This document shows positions 28,678 to 31,291 of a stretch of 31,291 bases of DNA, in pieces. Below the pieces are notes generated by a model. The model saw only the letters and a list, made by a program, of their open reading frames with translations. It searched no databases and was not told where the DNA came from. The stretch covers positions 1 through 31,291 of the forward strand of contig JAYNRW010000002.1 of the NCBI GenBank assembly GCA_038114965.1. The letters are read 5' to 3'. The first letter of the stretch is position 1, and the number at the start of each line of letters is the position of its first letter. The position numbers were made by a program, and so were the translations under genes. This DNA comes from Flavobacteriaceae bacterium. GTDB taxonomy: Bacteria; Bacteroidota; Bacteroidia; Flavobacteriales; Flavobacteriaceae.

Positions 28678-30011
28678 AAAAAAACAGAAGAAATTTTATC
28701 AAAAAAGCAATAATGTCTACAGTAGCATTAAGTTCATATAGTTTTGCAAATTCTTTATCAGCAAAATCCTATCGAAAAATAATTGGATCTAATGATAGAA
28801 TTAATATTGCTGTACAGGGACTAGGTCGAAGGGGACCTGGTTTACTATATAATGCTTTAAGCTGTGAGAATATTGAGTTAACATGTATTTCCGACGTGAT
28901 GGATAAGCAAATTGAAAAAATATCAAAAGGATATTTTGAAAGAACAGGAAAAAAAGTAAATGTTGAAAAGAAATTTAATAAGATAATTGAAGATAAAGAT
29001 TTAGATGCGTTGGTTATTGCCACTCCTGATCATTGGCATGCATATAGCGCATGTAAGGCAATGGATTATGGTAAGCATGTTTACTTAGAAAAACCCTGTA
29101 GTCACAATATGTTTGAAAATGAAATGTTAGTTAAATATCAAAAACATTATAATTTAAAAGTTCAAATGGGTAATCAACAAAGATCATCAAGACAAACTAC
29201 CGATTTAATTGATAAATTAAGAAATGGAATTATAGGAGAAACCTACAAAGCTGAAGCTTATTACAATAACAATAGACCCAAAGTTCCAAATCAAAGAATT
29301 ACAGCCATACCATCTGGTCTTGATTGGGAGGAATTTCAAGGTCCAGCACCAAGAAGAGCATACACATATGATACTTGGGATTACAATTGGAGATGGTACG
29401 GATGGTTGTATGGCACAGGCGAAACAGGTAACAATGCAACACATGAATTAGATATAGCTCGCTGGGCACTTAACGTAGAATTTCCATCTTCAGTTAGTGT
29501 ATACGCTGGTAAATACCATTATATTGATGATGGTTGGACAATGTATGACACAATGGAAGCGAAATTTAAATTTCCGGGGGATAAAACAATTACATGGGAC
29601 GGTCAGAGTAGAAATGCCTTTGAAAAAGAAAAAGAAGGTGGTAGGGGAACTAAAATTTGGGGATCTAATGGATCTGTATTTGTAAATAGAAATGGATATA
29701 AAATTTTTAATCTTTCTGGTGAGAAAATATATGATAGTGATAATGATGAAAAGTTTAGTAATATAACTAGAAACATGACTCAATATCACTTTGAAAATTT
29801 CTTTAATTCAATAAGAAATGGTGAAAAGTTAACTTCTCCAATTGATGATGCAGCTGTTAGTCAAAGCATGACACATTATGCTAATATGGCTTATAGAACT
29901 GGAAAAAGTTTTGAAATAAATTCCCTTGATGGATCAATTAAAGATAATAAAGTAAAAAAAATATGGTCCAGAGAATATGAGAAAGGTTGGGAAATAAATA
30001 ATGTCAGCTAG
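28674..30011 (+). CDS. Tat-exported Gfo/Idh/MocA family oxidoreductase
   Basis: Twin-arginine signal RRNFIKK; GLGRRG; IATPDHWH; YLEKPC; QMGNQQRS; HELDIARW. ATGA overlap with the DUF1080 gene. Confidence 0.92.
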   Translation: MKKNRRNFIKKAIMSTVALSSYSFANSLSAKSYRKIIGSNDRINIAVQGLGRRGPGLLYNALSCENIELTCISDVMDKQIEKISKGYFERTGKKVNVEKKFNKIIEDKDLDALVIATPDHWHAYSACKAMDYGKHVYLEKPCSHNMFENEMLVKYQKHYNLKVQMGNQQRSSRQTTDLIDKLRNGIIGETYKAEAYYNNNRPKVPNQRITAIPSGLDWEEFQGPAPRRAYTYDTWDYNWRWYGWLYGTGETGNNATHELDIARWALNVEFPSSVSVYAGKYHYIDDGWTMYDTMEAKFKFPGDKTITWDGQSRNAFEKEKEGGRGTKIWGSNGSVFVNRNGYKIFNLSGEKIYDSDNDEKFSNITRNMTQYHFENFFNSIRNGEKLTSPIDDAAVSQSMTHYANMAYRTGKSFEINSLDGSIKDNKVKKIWSREYEKGWEINNVS

Positions 30012-31239
30012 AATTAAGTGCTTCCAGTCTTTTAATCAATGGAGGATGAGAGTAGTGTACGAATACATAAAATGGATGAGGATAAATATTAGATAAACTA
30101 TCGACAGAAAGTTTTTTTAATGCTAATTCTAAATCCTTACCGCTATAGGTTTGTTTGGCAAATTTATCAGCTTCATATTCATTTTTTCTGCTTAAAATAT
30201 TCGTGAATACTCCAATTAAAAGTCCAATTGGGCTAAAAAGCATTGAAAAAACAATTAGACCTAGATGAAAACTTGTAATTTCTCCACCCAAAGAATTAAT
30301 CAGATCCGAATTATTTAAACATAATTCTAGTAAGTAAGTCATTAATCCAATTTGAATTATAGTTAAAACTAGACCTTGAAAAATATGATTTTTCTTATAA
30401 TGTCCAACTTCGTGAGCTAAAACAGCAACAAGTTCTTCTTCAGTGTGTTTCTCCAACAAAGTATCAAATAAAGCAATAGTTTTTTTTGGACCTATTCCTG
30501 AAAAAAACGCATTGGCTTTGGTGGACCTTTTAGATCCATCAATTATAAAAATATTACTCAAAGAATAACCTATTTTTTTAGAGTAATTTTCAATTTTATT
30601 TTTTAAACTTCCATCTTCTAACGGTGTTAATTTATTAAATAATGGTACTATTAAAGTTGTATAAAACATCTGTATAAATAAAGTGAAAAGAGATAAACCA
30701 AGCCAAAGGTAAATCCAAAAACCATTACTTATTTTACTATATAAAAGTAAAGCTACATAAAGTAAAATTCCACCTATTGTTAGCGCTAAAAACATTCCTT
30801 TTAATTTATCTAAAACAAAGGTTTTTAATGTTGTTTTATTAAAACCAAACTTAGTTTCAATTGAAAAAGTTGAATAATATTGGAATGGAGTTGAAACTAT
30901 TAGATTAAGCACATAAAAAGAAAGAAAAAATAGTGATGACTGAACAAATATATTTTGATAATTAATCATAAAATAATCACTTACTTTTCCATAAATACCG
31001 AGAACCAATAAAGAAATTGTAATTAAAAAACTTATTGTGGATGAAATAAAAGATAATTTACCATTAATTTTCCTGTATTCTTTTGCTTTTAGATACTTGT
31101 CTTTTTGATAAAAGTCTTTTAATGATTTAGGTATTTCATCTTTCCAATTTCTATCATTCAAATATTCAAGAAGAGTTGAAAAAATATAATTAAAAGCGAT
31201 TAAAATCAATAAAATAATTAACCAGTTTTGTGATGTCAT
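30004..31239 (-). CDS. M48 family zinc metalloprotease (Ste24-like)
   Basis: Multi-TM; TFSIETKFGFNKTT; DGSKRSTKANAFFSG; AVLAHEVGH (HExxH); EYEAD; YSHPPL..R. Confidence 0.95.
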   Translation of the reverse strand: MTSQNWLIILLILIAFNYIFSTLLEYLNDRNWKDEIPKSLKDFYQKDKYLKAKEYRKINGKLSFISSTISFLITISLLVLGIYGKVSDYFMINYQNIFVQSSLFFLSFYVLNLIVSTPFQYYSTFSIETKFGFNKTTLKTFVLDKLKGMFLALTIGGILLYVALLLYSKISNGFWIYLWLGLSLFTLFIQMFYTTLIVPLFNKLTPLEDGSLKNKIENYSKKIGYSLSNIFIIDGSKRSTKANAFFSGIGPKKTIALFDTLLEKHTEEELVAVLAHEVGHYKKNHIFQGLVLTIIQIGLMTYLLELCLNNSDLINSLGGEITSFHLGLIVFSMLFSPIGLLIGVFTNILSRKNEYEADKFAKQTYSGKDLELALKKLSVDSLSNIYPHPFYVFVHYSHPPLIKRLEALNSS

Positions 31240-31243
31240 AATT

Positions 31244-31251
31244 CAAAAATA
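31244..31251 (-). promoter_or_regulatory. -7 promoter element 4 nt upstream of the M48 ATG
   Basis: The minus strand reads TATTTTTG (TAnnTTTG). Confidence 0.55.
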
Positions 31252-31291
31252 ATTGATAAGGTAAAATTATTGGAAATTAAAATGAAATAAA

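Noticed and set aside
1099-29789. Short ORFs in the track (1099+, 4941+, 9251+, 12400+, 13588-, 18129+, 18569-, 23387-, 25304+, 26253+, 28769-, 29217-, 29490-, 29497+)
   Set aside because: All lie wholly within well-supported genes, on the opposite strand or in another frame, and show no recognisable motifs. These are typical shadow ORFs.
10429-30003. The central region as a horizontally acquired island
   Set aside because: It contains core genes (zapA, rny, iscS), has no flanking repeats or integrase, and its composition resembles the flanks. Ordinary rearrangement is the simpler explanation, and synteny cannot be tested here.
1-31291. CRISPR array, IS/integrase, prophage, tRNA/rRNA, defence system or riboswitch
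   Set aside because: No repeat-spacer pattern, transposase or integrase ORF, cloverleaf or defence domain was seen. Apart from the 6S-like region, intergenic gaps are under about 170 bp and show no recognisable aptamer.

Overview
A very AT-rich, densely packed chromosomal segment. The gene set, absence of Shine-Dalgarno sites and TAnnTTTG -7 promoter elements point to a streamlined Flavobacteriales/Flavobacteriaceae genome (inference). Bases 1-10.4 kb form a minus-strand housekeeping run: TrmH, RelA/SpoT, Fur, PurA, an OstA/LptA-like protein, a class III aminotransferase, a TPR protein, two DUF368 paralogues and the start of aroE. Bases 10.4-15.6 kb carry a cysteine desulfurase, an M23 peptidase, and zapB-like/zapA/6S-like RNA/rny. 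Bases 15.6-30 kb are more accessory: galE-galK opposite a sulfatase and a sialate O-acetylesterase, a secreted TPR+NTF2-like protein, a UPF0104 membrane protein, a split heme-uptake module (TonB-dependent receptor, AraC regulator, HmuY) and an NTF2/DUF1080/Tat-Gfo operon. An M48 peptidase ends the window. I saw no mobile element, CRISPR array, tRNA or rRNA. The best candidate for an undescribed system is the heme module. An AraC regulator with a Cys-Pro motif sits between the receptor and HmuY. Their two promoters share the same CGTTATTTT-N17-TATWTTTGG layout, and the receptor appears to start at a non-canonical ATT codon. No database searches or folding programs were run, so all family calls rest on recognised motifs.
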